A stretch of 63,212 nt of DNA, taken from IMG/VR virus record IMGVR_UViG_3300045988_149942. One strand, 5' to 3'. Below, one piece after another: positions 18,240 through 27,964 of the stretch (the first letter of the stretch is position 1; each line of letters begins with the position of its first letter). The notes under the pieces are model-generated. The model was not told the DNA's origin. It saw nothing but the letters and a program-made list of their open reading frames with translations, and searched no databases. Both the position numbers and the translations under genes were made by a program. Origin of the DNA: a virus.

Positions 18240-18736
18240 CTTTCGCGGATTTTTGCCTCCAGCGTCTTCCGGTACGGCTTGAACAATTCGAACTGCTTGA
18301 TAAGCTCTCCCATCTCGGCCCGAGTTTTTGACTCTTCGATATCTTTCACGAACTGGTCGTACTGGGCCGCCAGATCAGCGCTTTTGTCCTTTCGGACCCG
18401 AAGCGCATCTTGCTCCTTTCCGAACCATTTACCGTGTACGGTACCTATCCGGATCATCTTCCCAACGGTGTCTTCGATGTACTTGCTCCCGGTGACACTC
18501 ACGATCATGTTGATGTTCGTGCTGTTGGGGACGAGAGGCTTGGCCCACTCGAACTCAGCCTCTTCTTCGAAGACGATGCACGGGAGCATCACCTTCTTGC
18601 CTTTGTCTTGGCTCCAGCCTTCCTTCTGCGTCACACCCTTGATCGTGAGGACTACATCCTTTCCTCCGGGAAGAGACCAGTCGCCCATGAAATTCGGGTT
18701 GAGCATACGTTTCCAGTGAGTTTTTTCTTCTGCCAT
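18221..18736 (-). CDS. hypothetical protein
   Basis: ORF 18221..18799 trimmed to ATG 18736. Confidence 0.55.
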   Translation of the reverse strand: MAEEKTHWKRMLNPNFMGDWSLPGGKDVVLTIKGVTQKEGWSQDKGKKVMLPCIVFEEEAEFEWAKPLVPNSTNINMIVSVTGSKYIEDTVGKMIRIGTVHGKWFGKEQDALRVRKDKSADLAAQYDQFVKDIEESKTRAEMGELIKQFELFKPYRKTLEAKIRERWASLT

Positions 18737-18737
18737 G

Positions 18738-18923
18738 TTACTCCGAGATTTTAACGAGAATCCACTGATTCTTGAGTTTGATTTTTGCGTACTTGCCATC
18801 GTTTACCCAAGCGTTGATCGTGGATCGAGAAATCTTGTGATCCTCTTCCAACGTCTTGTAGGTAGTGATAATCCCTTCTTCGATTCCTTTCTGAATCTTC
18901 TGAGCGAGTTCTGTTCCAGTCAT
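18738..18923 (-). CDS. small HTH DNA-binding protein
   Basis: 61 aa; HKISRSTINAWVNDGK is HTH-like. Confidence 0.55.
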   Translation of the reverse strand: MTGTELAQKIQKGIEEGIITTYKTLEEDHKISRSTINAWVNDGKYAKIKLKNQWILVKISE

Positions 18924-18925
18924 AG

Positions 18926-19222
18926 TTAATCCTGAATTTGCATCACATAGATTCCTGCCGAGTCAAAGGTGCGTTCGTTGTAGTTCGCGTCGTAACCGTT
19001 TGCGAACCCGTTGTCGTCCTTCGTCTCCGTGTAGCTCCCGATATAGCGAACCTTGGTGCGCTGTACCTTGATCTTTTCTCCGGTACGTTCCCCTGCCTTT
19101 TTGACCCAGCTAAAACCCACATACTGTTTCAGAACGAGAAATTTCAAAGGGCGTGAACGGTGGGGGGAGGTGTACTGAAAGCTACTCCCCGCCGGAACCT
19201 GCGACATTAGTTTTTGTTCCAT
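18926..19222 (-). CDS. hypothetical protein
   Basis: ORF 18926..19351 trimmed to ATG 19222. Confidence 0.5.
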   Translation of the reverse strand: MEQKLMSQVPAGSSFQYTSPHRSRPLKFLVLKQYVGFSWVKKAGERTGEKIKVQRTKVRYIGSYTETKDDNGFANGYDANYNERTFDSAGIYVMQIQD

Positions 19223-19745
19223 TTTTCTTCTGCCTTTTAGTTGTTTTGGTGTTTCTTGCCTTCTCCAGAGCGGCCTTAGCCTGCTCCAGTTCTTCGATAG
19301 CCTCTGCGGTCTGCTCCGTTTGCACTTTAACTTCTGCCAGTGCAACGGCATCCTTGAGCTCCTCGATCTCCTCCGACTCTCTCGGTTCGGCCCGAGCCTC
19401 AGCGTATTTGTCGAGACTCTTCTGGCACACGTCGAGGATTCCGCTTACAGCCGACGGGTCTCGCATGATGGTCTGTGACGCGAGGAAGAGCGTTTTTGCA
19501 ATGGTGGTTGCGTTTTCCCTGTCGCGTTCTGCATCGCGCTTTTCGGCCCTGATAGCAGGATCGACCATCATGTGCGGTGCCAAGATGTACACGAACGTCA
19601 GATACTCGGGTGTGCCTTTTAGGAACACCTGCTTCCACGTCTTCGATCTGGTCTCCACGTCAACGCGCTCGTTGGTAATCCTTACCACGAATGCATCGAG
19701 GTCGTACTGGAGCGAGTAAATTTTGTTTTTCTTTTTCTTGAACAT
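19182..19745 (-). CDS. hypothetical protein with acidic coiled-coil C-terminus
   Basis: ORF 19182..19832 trimmed to ATG 19745, 21 nt downstream of a promoter box. Confidence 0.55.
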   Translation of the reverse strand: MFKKKKNKIYSLQYDLDAFVVRITNERVDVETRSKTWKQVFLKGTPEYLTFVYILAPHMMVDPAIRAEKRDAERDRENATTIAKTLFLASQTIMRDPSAVSGILDVCQKSLDKYAEARAEPRESEEIEELKDAVALAEVKVQTEQTAEAIEELEQAKAALEKARNTKTTKRQKKNGTKTNVAGSGGE

Positions 19746-19766
19746 AAGAGTAGTTTTGATTCGATG

Positions 19767-19774
19767 CAAAGTTA
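19767..19774 (-). promoter_or_regulatory. -7 promoter box TAACTTTG(CATC) on minus strand
   Basis: Reverse complement of CAAAGTTA, upstream of ATG 19745. Confidence 0.55.
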
Positions 19775-19792
19775 AACATTTATTATTTAATT

Positions 19793-19832
19793 TGCAAATA
19801 AAAATGTCGAGATTTTTCAAAAACCTCGACAT
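19793..19832 (-). terminator. Rho-independent terminator after the portal gene
   Basis: ATGTCGAG...CTCGACAT 8-bp stem followed by TTTTATTT on the minus strand. Confidence 0.6.
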
Positions 19833-19852
19833 TTCTATACATAGTGTTGATT

Positions 19853-21448
19853 TTACTCGACCCGGTTCGGCATTTTACCGTCCCTTTCCATTTGGTTCCG
19901 TTCGTCGTTGTCGGCTCCGCCATTTCCTTCGGCCGCGGCCTTGGCTTGCTGTTGCGCTTCCAGTTCCGCGGCGGCCTGCTCCTGAGCCTTGCGCTCCTTT
20001 TCGGCCGTTTCCAGTTCGATGCGCTTCAACTCGTCGAATGAGGCCAGCGGGCTTCCTTCGGCCGCGGTGCGAACGGAGAGGATTCCTCCAGCCACAGCCT
20101 GAACGCGGTTCTGGATGTCTTCGCTGTCGTTCTTGGGGATGAATGGCTCGATGGAGTACGACATTCGGAGATTGTGGTACTCCGTTTGTCTCTTCTCCTT
20201 GATGCCGACAAACTCCTTGAAGATGTACATGAGTGTGCGTAGGGCTGGATCGAACCGGGAATATGCGTCCATACACCATTGCGTCTCCGGAAAGTATAGG
20301 TTCCGGAGGTAAGCACCGCTGTAATCGCCTGACTTGATCTCGTCCGGCCGGATGAACACGGCTCCTACGCTGTCGCATAGGAACTTGAGCGAGTTGTCAA
20401 GCGAGAGCGTGAACGTGTTGGATGCGTCGGCGGGCTGGAGAATCTTCGCGTCGCCGTCTTTGTTTCGGGCCGCGATCACCTTGCCTTGGAAGTTCACGTT
20501 CGGCAGGCCGCCTACGATTCCGGAGACGAAAAGCATCTGGAAGTTGTAGTACTTGCCATTTTCCATCAGGTCCGATAGAAGTTTCTCGATGTCTTCGATG
20601 TTTCCCTGAACGTCGCCCCAGCACACATCGCTCTCGCGGTGGTAGATGACGGGGCAGATGGAAAGGCCGTGCCGAGCCGTGCTCACCAGTTTGTAGCCGT
20701 CCTCGGAGTATGTTTCGGTCAGGTTGCGAATGAACGTCTTGACCGCACTTTCGGTAGAGGCTATGGTGATGGATTCCCAGCGCTCGACGGTCCGGCTTCC
20801 GTATATTTCGACGACCGTAGTTCCGTTGTCGTCGAACATGCGTAAGACATTGCGTTTGCCGCCATCGCGCGGGTTCCGGAACTCGGTAATGAGGTCTCCA
20901 AACTCGTAGGAGAATACCCGGTAGCCCAGCATCTCCGTCTCCGGGTCCATGTAGACGCAGATCGCACCGTCTCCGGTGCCGAAGCATGAGTTGCCGAACT
21001 TAATGAGGGCGTTGTTCATGCCCGTCTGGTTCCAGTATGACTTGATCTGCGAAATCATGTCTGCGTCCTCCATGTCACCTTCGTTGCTGAACTCCATAGG
21101 GTTGCCGAAGGTATGGATGGTCTTGTGCCGAAGGATCGACTTCTGGAGTGACACCGATACGCGCTCAACGGGCTCGTAGCCATCGGGAACATTCTTGCGC
21201 AATGCCTCGTCGTATCGGTATTTGGGCCGATTCGAACGCATATACACATCATATACCATGTGGGCCGACGGTTGCTTCTCGTTGAGGAAGTCCGACTGCG
21301 TAAGCAACCGCCTTGGGTAGCGGTCGAATTGCATCGGCTGTGGCGGGTTCGACGCGAACGACTGATTCATCGTGCAGTTCGTCGCCGGGTTCGGAAGCCT
21401 GCGCTCCCACCTGCGCTTTTGCGCTAACTCTCCAATGTTGATCTTCAT
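19853..21448 (-). CDS. portal protein
   Basis: 531-aa ORF immediately downstream of terL; size and position are typical. No motif was verified. Confidence 0.65.
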   Translation of the reverse strand: MKINIGELAQKRRWERRLPNPATNCTMNQSFASNPPQPMQFDRYPRRLLTQSDFLNEKQPSAHMVYDVYMRSNRPKYRYDEALRKNVPDGYEPVERVSVSLQKSILRHKTIHTFGNPMEFSNEGDMEDADMISQIKSYWNQTGMNNALIKFGNSCFGTGDGAICVYMDPETEMLGYRVFSYEFGDLITEFRNPRDGGKRNVLRMFDDNGTTVVEIYGSRTVERWESITIASTESAVKTFIRNLTETYSEDGYKLVSTARHGLSICPVIYHRESDVCWGDVQGNIEDIEKLLSDLMENGKYYNFQMLFVSGIVGGLPNVNFQGKVIAARNKDGDAKILQPADASNTFTLSLDNSLKFLCDSVGAVFIRPDEIKSGDYSGAYLRNLYFPETQWCMDAYSRFDPALRTLMYIFKEFVGIKEKRQTEYHNLRMSYSIEPFIPKNDSEDIQNRVQAVAGGILSVRTAAEGSPLASFDELKRIELETAEKERKAQEQAAAELEAQQQAKAAAEGNGGADNDERNQMERDGKMPNRVE

Positions 21449-21460
21449 TATTAAAAAATT

Positions 21461-24235
21461 TTACCAACCCCCCATCGAATTGAAGGCTCGATAGTAGTCA
21501 TCCATCGAGTATTCGGGCTCGGCCGCTTTTTTGAGCGTCGCCATGAGCTCAAATATCATTCGGTAAGCAATCGGGTCAAGGTCATCGGGTGAATAATTAT
21601 GCCTGCGTTTAAACGCTAATTTCGATATAAAGAAGTATTTGCCGTTCTCTTTCTGATCGCGCTTGAGGCACTCGGTGGCTTCGAGCACGAGCAGATCAAG
21701 TATGGGCATTTTGTCGTTCTTGCGGCCGTATTGAACCAACGTGGAGCCCGGTATATCGAAGCGTAGTCGCCCCATTCGAAGGTAGGCGCTAAGTTTGCCG
21801 AGTAGCTGATCGCGGAGGCATACATACTGCTCCATCTCGATCACGTTTCCGGCCGAGTCGTATTCTTTTATAGGTGTGCGGTTCGAGACGATTGCCACGA
21901 CACCGCGCATATAGTCCTCGAAGTAGTTACCAAGACCTCCGGCATCCACCGCAATGTGTTCGACCGGAATGTCGTACTCAGTCTTCAAGGCGCGGACCCA
22001 TTCCACTTTCTCTCGCGCGTCATCCGTATAGGTAGTTTCAACGCGATTGCAGGTGAGTCCCGTCCAAATATAAGCCTTGGTCGGGTCGGTGCCGTCGCCG
22101 ATGTCCACGGTCATGTATCGCTCCGTAGACGGCTCGAAGGGGTTCTGATTCGGGCCGGGGAACATGGCCTCGATGTGGCTTTGGTTTACCATTGCCTCTC
22201 CTTCGCCCATCTCGCCCCAGTAGCCGAATAGGAGCTTCATTCGTTCCGCCTCTCCGACGTTGAACAAGTTGGCTACATTTCCGCCCTGCGTCTGGAAGGT
22301 GAGGATTCGGTTATCCATGATGTTACCGGGGATAAACGTGAAGGTCTTGATGAAGCTGTCGGTGGTCAGACCTGCGGCCCGCATCTCAGCGGTCAACATG
22401 GACTCAAGGTCAATTCGGCTCTTGACTTCATCCGGCGTCTCGCCCCAGATGATGTCCTCCGGCTTGTCGCCGTTGACTACCATATACATGATCTTGCCGA
22501 CGCGCTCTGGGCGGACATAATTGTCGTCGCCGATATACCCGGCCGTCCGGAGCATTTTGGAACTCCAGTGCCAGCCGTTCGCGTTGAGGGTGCAGACCAT
22601 CTTCGGTTTCATACCGGAAGCGTCACGGTTTCGAGAGAACCAGTATTTCCAGATTTTGAAGGTGAAGTTGGTCAACTCGTCGATGGCGATGTAGGAGGCC
22701 TGCTTATTTTTCATCTTCTCCTGCGCCTCCTTCTCCTGAGAGTCGGATTGCAGGTTGATGTGAGTGAGCATGATGGAGCCCTGGTACTCAGGCCATGCAA
22801 AGGAGTAGTCGGAGGCCGAGTATTCGCATCCTTTCATTTCGGAATATATTCGTTTCGCATCCGAAAGAATACCACCCGCAGTACCTACTTCGACGAGCTC
22901 CTTTTTTATGATAAGGCCCGAATATCCGTATTTACCAATGCCTCTAAGTGCCTCTAACAGAATGCAATATGTATTATGAGTAACTACACACGCCTTCGAA
23001 GCGAGGTATAGCGAGTTTGGGTTGCTAACTGCGATGCACCTACACTGCTCTCGGCCGACTTTTTCCACCTTCACGATCCTGCGCGTCTTGGAAAACCTGC
23101 GTGCCTTCACCTTCGATGCTTTACGATCCAGCCGGAACAACTTTGCGTTGTCGGCAGTCTGTATATATAATACATAGGCGTTCTTGCACTCGATGCGCAC
23201 ACCGTCCTTCTTATACGAGGTCGCTTTTTGGGTAATCGTACACATACCGCCAAGAGACCATATCACCTCCTGAATATCTTCGGCCAGTTGCTTGGAGGTG
23301 GTGGTCAAGCCAACGTTTGTCCTTCTACTGTCAGCATATCCATCCGAGTCCATGAGGCCCTGAATCAAGGCAAAGCGATCCTCTACCGATGCCATCTTGT
23401 ACCGAGTGGGGATGAATTTCGTATGGGAATAGGAGCCATATAACCCGAGCTCTTTAATTCTCGCTAAAAGGTCATCATCATATATGGTGTAATGCCTTCC
23501 ATCCTTGGAATCATACAAGCGCTTGCTGTTGTTTTTTAAAAACTCAACAATTTCCGTATCCGTCGTCGTAGCGGTTATTTGTTTTTGGCTCGTAGTCATA
23601 CATCCATCGCCCAGTAAAAAACCGAGCATGTATGGATCAACAGGCAACTCCTCTATCTGATAGAACGCTACGGGTTCACATAGAGGCACGGCAATATGTT
23701 TGTTTGGCTTCTCGTCGAGGTGTTTTATAATGGCCGCGGTGTCCCATACTGAGCAATCCTCGTCTCGGCTCAGGCCATGCAACTTCGCCCTCTTGGATTG
23801 TTTTCTCATTTCGTAAACATTCCATAGGTGCTCGTAGGTGCAGTCAACGAAGGCGCCGTCGATAAAGTGTACCCTATATACATCCTGCTCGCCGAGCTCG
23901 TAAATGTTGACTACTCGCTGTTGGCCGCCGAAGGTGCTGGAGATGATGTCTCCGGGCTTGAGGTCGCCCATTTTGCGGAATCCAAACGGTGTTGCGATCT
24001 GAAAGCTATACGCATGGCCTTTGCCCGCTGATGCGGAGCCTCCCGTCCAAATGACATCCGCCTCGCAGATCTGGATCGCTTCCTGAAACCCGGCCTGGCC
24101 GATGATGTCTTTGTTGTCTCGCAGTTTGGCTCCGTTCACTTTTACCCATCCCTTTTTCTTAACCGTACTGAGTTCGCGCTCTACTTTTGGATAGAGCTGT
24201 ACGGGCTGTGTATTGGGATTTATACGAGTAAACAT
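21461..24235 (-). CDS. terL: terminase large subunit, interrupted by an intein
   Basis: 924 aa; Walker A GSASAGK split from TYCILLEAL by about 349 aa of Hint + LAGLIDADG sequence; C-terminal nuclease-type region. Confidence 0.9.
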   Translation of the reverse strand: MFTRINPNTQPVQLYPKVERELSTVKKKGWVKVNGAKLRDNKDIIGQAGFQEAIQICEADVIWTGGSASAGKGHAYSFQIATPFGFRKMGDLKPGDIISSTFGGQQRVVNIYELGEQDVYRVHFIDGAFVDCTYEHLWNVYEMRKQSKRAKLHGLSRDEDCSVWDTAAIIKHLDEKPNKHIAVPLCEPVAFYQIEELPVDPYMLGFLLGDGCMTTSQKQITATTTDTEIVEFLKNNSKRLYDSKDGRHYTIYDDDLLARIKELGLYGSYSHTKFIPTRYKMASVEDRFALIQGLMDSDGYADSRRTNVGLTTTSKQLAEDIQEVIWSLGGMCTITQKATSYKKDGVRIECKNAYVLYIQTADNAKLFRLDRKASKVKARRFSKTRRIVKVEKVGREQCRCIAVSNPNSLYLASKACVVTHNTYCILLEALRGIGKYGYSGLIIKKELVEVGTAGGILSDAKRIYSEMKGCEYSASDYSFAWPEYQGSIMLTHINLQSDSQEKEAQEKMKNKQASYIAIDELTNFTFKIWKYWFSRNRDASGMKPKMVCTLNANGWHWSSKMLRTAGYIGDDNYVRPERVGKIMYMVVNGDKPEDIIWGETPDEVKSRIDLESMLTAEMRAAGLTTDSFIKTFTFIPGNIMDNRILTFQTQGGNVANLFNVGEAERMKLLFGYWGEMGEGEAMVNQSHIEAMFPGPNQNPFEPSTERYMTVDIGDGTDPTKAYIWTGLTCNRVETTYTDDAREKVEWVRALKTEYDIPVEHIAVDAGGLGNYFEDYMRGVVAIVSNRTPIKEYDSAGNVIEMEQYVCLRDQLLGKLSAYLRMGRLRFDIPGSTLVQYGRKNDKMPILDLLVLEATECLKRDQKENGKYFFISKLAFKRRHNYSPDDLDPIAYRMIFELMATLKKAAEPEYSMDDYYRAFNSMGGW
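22973..24019 (-). mobile_element. intein with LAGLIDADG homing endonuclease in the terL P-loop (N-boundary G73 or S77)
   Basis: LGFLLGDGC and LIQGLMDSDGY motifs; block B TYEHLW; block F RCIAV; C-terminus VVTHN followed by T. Confidence 0.8.
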
Positions 24236-24251
24236 AGCAAACTTTTATTCG

Positions 24252-24259
24252 CAAATTTA
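24252..24259 (-). promoter_or_regulatory. -7 promoter box TAAATTTG (minus) upstream of terL
   Basis: Reverse complement of CAAATTTA, 16 nt upstream of ATG 24235. Confidence 0.5.
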
Positions 24260-24290
24260 CGATAAATTTTGTTCTTGGCAAAAAATGTTT

Positions 24291-24298
24291 TACATTTG
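24291..24298 (+). promoter_or_regulatory. -7 promoter box TACATTTG (plus) for the structural operon
   Basis: TAnnTTTG in the divergent AT-rich intergenic region, about 80 nt upstream of ATG 24378. Confidence 0.5.
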
Positions 24299-24377
24299 TC
24301 GTTGAGTATGCAAGTATTTGAGAATCATGTAAATGGTACTCGTCATTGCGGAAACATTCACTAATCATTGAAAAACA

Positions 24378-25106
24378 ATGAAGTTTACTAAAGAGCAAGT
24401 ACTTGGAAAAACCAAGGAACGACTGGGAAAAACCCAAAAGATTTCCGACCGCACCATTTTGGATGCCGCGACAAACGCGATGGCCTTCCTGCCCGACGAC
24501 TCCGACATGGAGATCGACGCCTTTATGGAGAGGTTTATGCCGACCATCACTTCGGTCAACACGAACTTCAACAACGATCAGGGAGCTTTCATTTCGAAAT
24601 GGAAGGAGGAACACCCCGAACCGAATCCGAATCCGGCTCCGAAGCCTAACGACAACGAAGAGATGCCCGCTTGGTACAAGGCCGAGCTTGAGCGTCGCAA
24701 GGCATGGGAAGAGGAGCAGGAGGCCAGACTGAAAGGTTTGACCGGACAGCGCCACAAGGAGGAACTGATTCGGCAGGCGCGTGAGGCTTTTTTTAAGCCC
24801 GCCGACAAGAAGAAGACTCCTATCGACACCTATAAAGGTGTAGCCGAAATCGCGCTGGAGGATGCGTTCGAGACGATCAAAGAGGATGACACGGTAGAAG
24901 CCATTGTTTCGCGGGCTTACTCGCGTTACGAGCGAACGCTGACGGCTCAGGGCCTTCCGGCCACGGCTGGTTACGTTCCCGGCGATCCTACCCCGAATCC
25001 GACTCCGAAAAACGGAGAGAAGGACCCGGCCGCCGAAGCGCTTTTGCGCAACCTTGGCATCAAAACCGAAGGCAAGGGTGACGGGGACGAGCAACGACAC
25101 CATTAA
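24378..25106 (+). CDS. putative scaffolding protein
   Basis: 242 aa, charged and helical with a Pro/Asn linker; lies upstream of the capsid genes. Confidence 0.5.
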   Translation: MKFTKEQVLGKTKERLGKTQKISDRTILDAATNAMAFLPDDSDMEIDAFMERFMPTITSVNTNFNNDQGAFISKWKEEHPEPNPNPAPKPNDNEEMPAWYKAELERRKAWEEEQEARLKGLTGQRHKEELIRQAREAFFKPADKKKTPIDTYKGVAEIALEDAFETIKEDDTVEAIVSRAYSRYERTLTAQGLPATAGYVPGDPTPNPTPKNGEKDPAAEALLRNLGIKTEGKGDGDEQRHH

Positions 25107-25125
25107 TTAACAACTGTTTAAAACC

Positions 25126-25791
25126 ATGAGAGCAGGTTATAACTACAACAAAATGCGGGAGTACTCCATGACTGTTGGTGGTCTGCGCAACGTCTATGGT
25201 GGCAAGGCTGAGGTGACTCTGCCTACTGGCTACAATATGGCGCTGGAAGACATGCCTCCCGTCGGAAACGTTCTCCCCGCTGGCACTCCGTTCGGTTGCG
25301 ACGATTTCGCAAAGACGGCCCAGCCCCACTACGCATTTGCAGTGAACGCGGCTGTTGAGGCTTCGGCTACGCAGGTGCAGGTAAAAAAGGACTTCGAGGG
25401 CACCCGTGCCCGCGTCGGCATGGTGCTTATGCACCTTCCCAACGACGTTACGGACCTCGACTATACCGGAACGGGTGTGACCGTTACGGCTATCGACGAC
25501 TCGAATGCCGACTACGATGTGCTGACTCTTTCGGCCGCCGTAGGCGCACTGGCCGTTGACGACATCCTCGTCGAGGCTTCGGCCGTTGGTGCAGGCGCAA
25601 CGATCAAGGTCATCCCCACCGCTACTTCGTTCGCGGATATTCCGTGCTATGGAGACGAGCAGACTCAGCTTGTGGACCTCGTTCACATCTGCAACGTCAT
25701 CTATGCGCGGCGCTGTGCGCCCGTGCATCCGATGATCCGGAACTACATGAACACGCACGGCTATTTCGTTCGTTTCTACGACGGTCTTTAA
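25126..25791 (+). CDS. capsid-associated protein (decoration/auxiliary, putative)
   Basis: 221-aa ORF between the scaffold and major capsid genes. Confidence 0.5.
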   Translation: MRAGYNYNKMREYSMTVGGLRNVYGGKAEVTLPTGYNMALEDMPPVGNVLPAGTPFGCDDFAKTAQPHYAFAVNAAVEASATQVQVKKDFEGTRARVGMVLMHLPNDVTDLDYTGTGVTVTAIDDSNADYDVLTLSAAVGALAVDDILVEASAVGAGATIKVIPTATSFADIPCYGDEQTQLVDLVHICNVIYARRCAPVHPMIRNYMNTHGYFVRFYDGL

Positions 25792-25806
25792 TAAAAACGC
25801 ATAACT

Positions 25807-27183
25807 ATGGGACTTTACAGCAAAACTCTCTATTACAACGTCGCTCTTTTCTGGGAGGGCGTTGAGGCGTTTACGACCGTCATCAACGACGTAAACGCGA
25901 AATACAACGATGCCTTCTGGCGTCGGTTTGCATTCTGGGGCCGTCGCATGCGGACTCCGGAGTGGAAGATCAACGTGCGTGACACGGAGATCAACGTCGC
26001 CGCCGCCGTTCTGTCGGCCAACGGCCAGAAGCCGCTCCGCGGTGCTGGTGCATGGCAGACCTACGGTGGTACGATTCCTCTGATCGGTCACGGCTTCCAG
26101 ATGGATGCTTCGGACTTCATGGCACTCAAGGCTTTTGAGCCTATCGCCGATGACCCGAACTTCCACGCTCGCTACGACTATCTGGAGCGCTTCGCGGCCG
26201 CTGTCGGCGGTATGCACTCGCGTATCAACATGATGGTGTTCGAGGGTCTCTCCACGGGCTTCATCACGGCCGACGCTCAGAACAACGGCGAAGGCATCCA
26301 GATCGCAGTGGACCTCAACTACCCGTCGGACCGCTTCAAGGTTCCGAGCTACGGTATCTGGGGTAGCGGCACCGACGACCCGATTCAGGACCTTCTCGAC
26401 ATTCAGGACTGGATGGACGACAATTCGTTGCCGTACACCAACTGGCTGATTTCGAAGAAGCTGATCCGCGAGATGTCCGTGAACAAGAATGTTCGCGTGA
26501 AGATCGCCATGAAGATGTACCCGAACACCCCGAATCCCGGCCAGATTCCTCTGACCCGCAAGGAGGTGATGGAAGGTCTCGTGAACTACTACGGCATCGT
26601 TCCGATCATCGAGATCGACGAGAAGTCGAACGTAGAGCGCGACGGCAAAGGAAACGTCATCAAGAGCTTCGCTGAGGACGTGGCCGTACTTTGCGTGCCC
26701 GACCGCTTCTTCGAGCTCCAGAACTGCGAGAACATCTACGAGATGGACAACAACCCCAACGTGCTCCACTCTTCGGTGGAGGAGGGTCGCATCTCCGTCA
26801 TCGTGGAGTACTTCTCGAACCCCGTCAAGGACGTTACCTCGATGGAGGCTTACGTTCTTCCGGTACCCCGGAACCCGAACAACATCTGCATCCTCAAGAC
26901 CAGCACGGATCAGCCGTGGGGTGGTGGCAAGACGACGAAGACGACGAAGGCCGTCAAGGCCGCGGCAAAACCCGTCGTTACGACCATCGCTGTCGGCGAT
27001 GGCGAGTATGATCGCGCCGCCGTCATCTCCGCTATGGAGACCATCGGCGTGAAGATCAACGCCAATACCGGGGTCGCCAAGACTCAGGAGGCCGTCAATC
27101 TGCTCGGTGAGGAGAAGATCAAGGCGCTGGAGGGTGTGCTGAACGGCAACGCTCCGGCAAACAAGGAAGAGGAGAACCAGTAA
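25807..27183 (+). CDS. major capsid protein with C-terminal extension
   Basis: 458-aa ORF in the canonical position; the 569-aa antisense ORF 25060..26769 was judged a shadow. Confidence 0.75.
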   Translation: MGLYSKTLYYNVALFWEGVEAFTTVINDVNAKYNDAFWRRFAFWGRRMRTPEWKINVRDTEINVAAAVLSANGQKPLRGAGAWQTYGGTIPLIGHGFQMDASDFMALKAFEPIADDPNFHARYDYLERFAAAVGGMHSRINMMVFEGLSTGFITADAQNNGEGIQIAVDLNYPSDRFKVPSYGIWGSGTDDPIQDLLDIQDWMDDNSLPYTNWLISKKLIREMSVNKNVRVKIAMKMYPNTPNPGQIPLTRKEVMEGLVNYYGIVPIIEIDEKSNVERDGKGNVIKSFAEDVAVLCVPDRFFELQNCENIYEMDNNPNVLHSSVEEGRISVIVEYFSNPVKDVTSMEAYVLPVPRNPNNICILKTSTDQPWGGGKTTKTTKAVKAAAKPVVTTIAVGDGEYDRAAVISAMETIGVKINANTGVAKTQEAVNLLGEEKIKALEGVLNGNAPANKEEENQ

Positions 27184-27195
27184 TATCAGAATACT

Positions 27196-27627
27196 ATGGG
27201 CGCTGTACCAAGCATAACTATTGAGGAGTATCTTCGGGGGTTGATTGTTAACTACCCGCTACCGGATGCTGTCATCAACGGTATCTTGGCGCGGCGCAAC
27301 ATAGAGTCTGGTGCTCCGGCCTTTCAACGCAATGACGAAGGGGCAGAGCCGTTGACTTGGATGCGGAAACGTGATCTGGCGACGGCCGATGTCTACTTCG
27401 CGGCTGGAACTCTCGTGAATGGTGGCGGTAGCTCAAAGCAGATGGGCAACCGCCGCTACACGGAGGGCCAGATTCAGGTTGCGGAAGGAGACCGGGAATA
27501 CTGGCGTTCTTTGGCAAATATTATCTACAAAAAGTACGGCGAAGCTACGCCCGAAGAGGCTGAGATTTACGACGCTTCCGGGTTGTGGGCCGGATCAACG
27601 GTGAACGGCAATGGATGGTGCTTTTAA
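27196..27627 (+). CDS. head-tail connector/adaptor (putative)
   Basis: 143-aa ORF after the capsid gene. Confidence 0.5.
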   Translation: MGAVPSITIEEYLRGLIVNYPLPDAVINGILARRNIESGAPAFQRNDEGAEPLTWMRKRDLATADVYFAAGTLVNGGGSSKQMGNRRYTEGQIQVAEGDREYWRSLANIIYKKYGEATPEEAEIYDASGLWAGSTVNGNGWCF

Positions 27628-27964
27628 CTTCTATCCGCACACCTGCGTTATTCGGCGCGGTACTGGCAAGACTGATCCCGAAACCTTCGAGGAAGTTTTC
27701 AGCGTGGTATATGAGGGTGAATGCGGCCTGCAACGGGGCAACTCTGGTGGTAGCACCAGCATCCGTGAAGGCCACTACCTATCCTCTCCGCTTATCATCA
27801 TTCCCGATTCGTCGGTAGACGTTCGGACGAATGACGAAGTGGTAGTCACGGTAGAGAACGCGCGGGTTATCCGTTTTTTGGCCTTGGAGGCCGAAGCGGT
27901 GGCCGATCCCGATGTAGGTGGGGTTACGGTATGGCTCAATAAGGGAGACGATCAAAATGGCTAA
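27611..27964 (+). CDS. head closure protein (putative)
   Basis: 117-aa ORF; assigned by gene order. Confidence 0.45.
   Translation: MDGAFNFYPHTCVIRRGTGKTDPETFEEVFSVVYEGECGLQRGNSGGSTSIREGHYLSSPLIIIPDSSVDVRTNDEVVVTVENARVIRFLALEAEAVADPDVGGVTVWLNKGDDQNG

Noticed and set aside
25060-26769. 569-aa minus-strand ORF, one of the largest in the track, opposite the capsid genes
   Set aside because: It is antisense to the capsid-associated and major capsid ORFs. Its translation is dominated by V/H/R/G/D low-complexity strings typical of shadow ORFs in GC-rich coding DNA. The same reasoning applies to 3283..4362 (-), 24159..25103 (-), 39013..40017 (-), 53365..54231 (+), 16565..17224 (+) and many shorter track entries.
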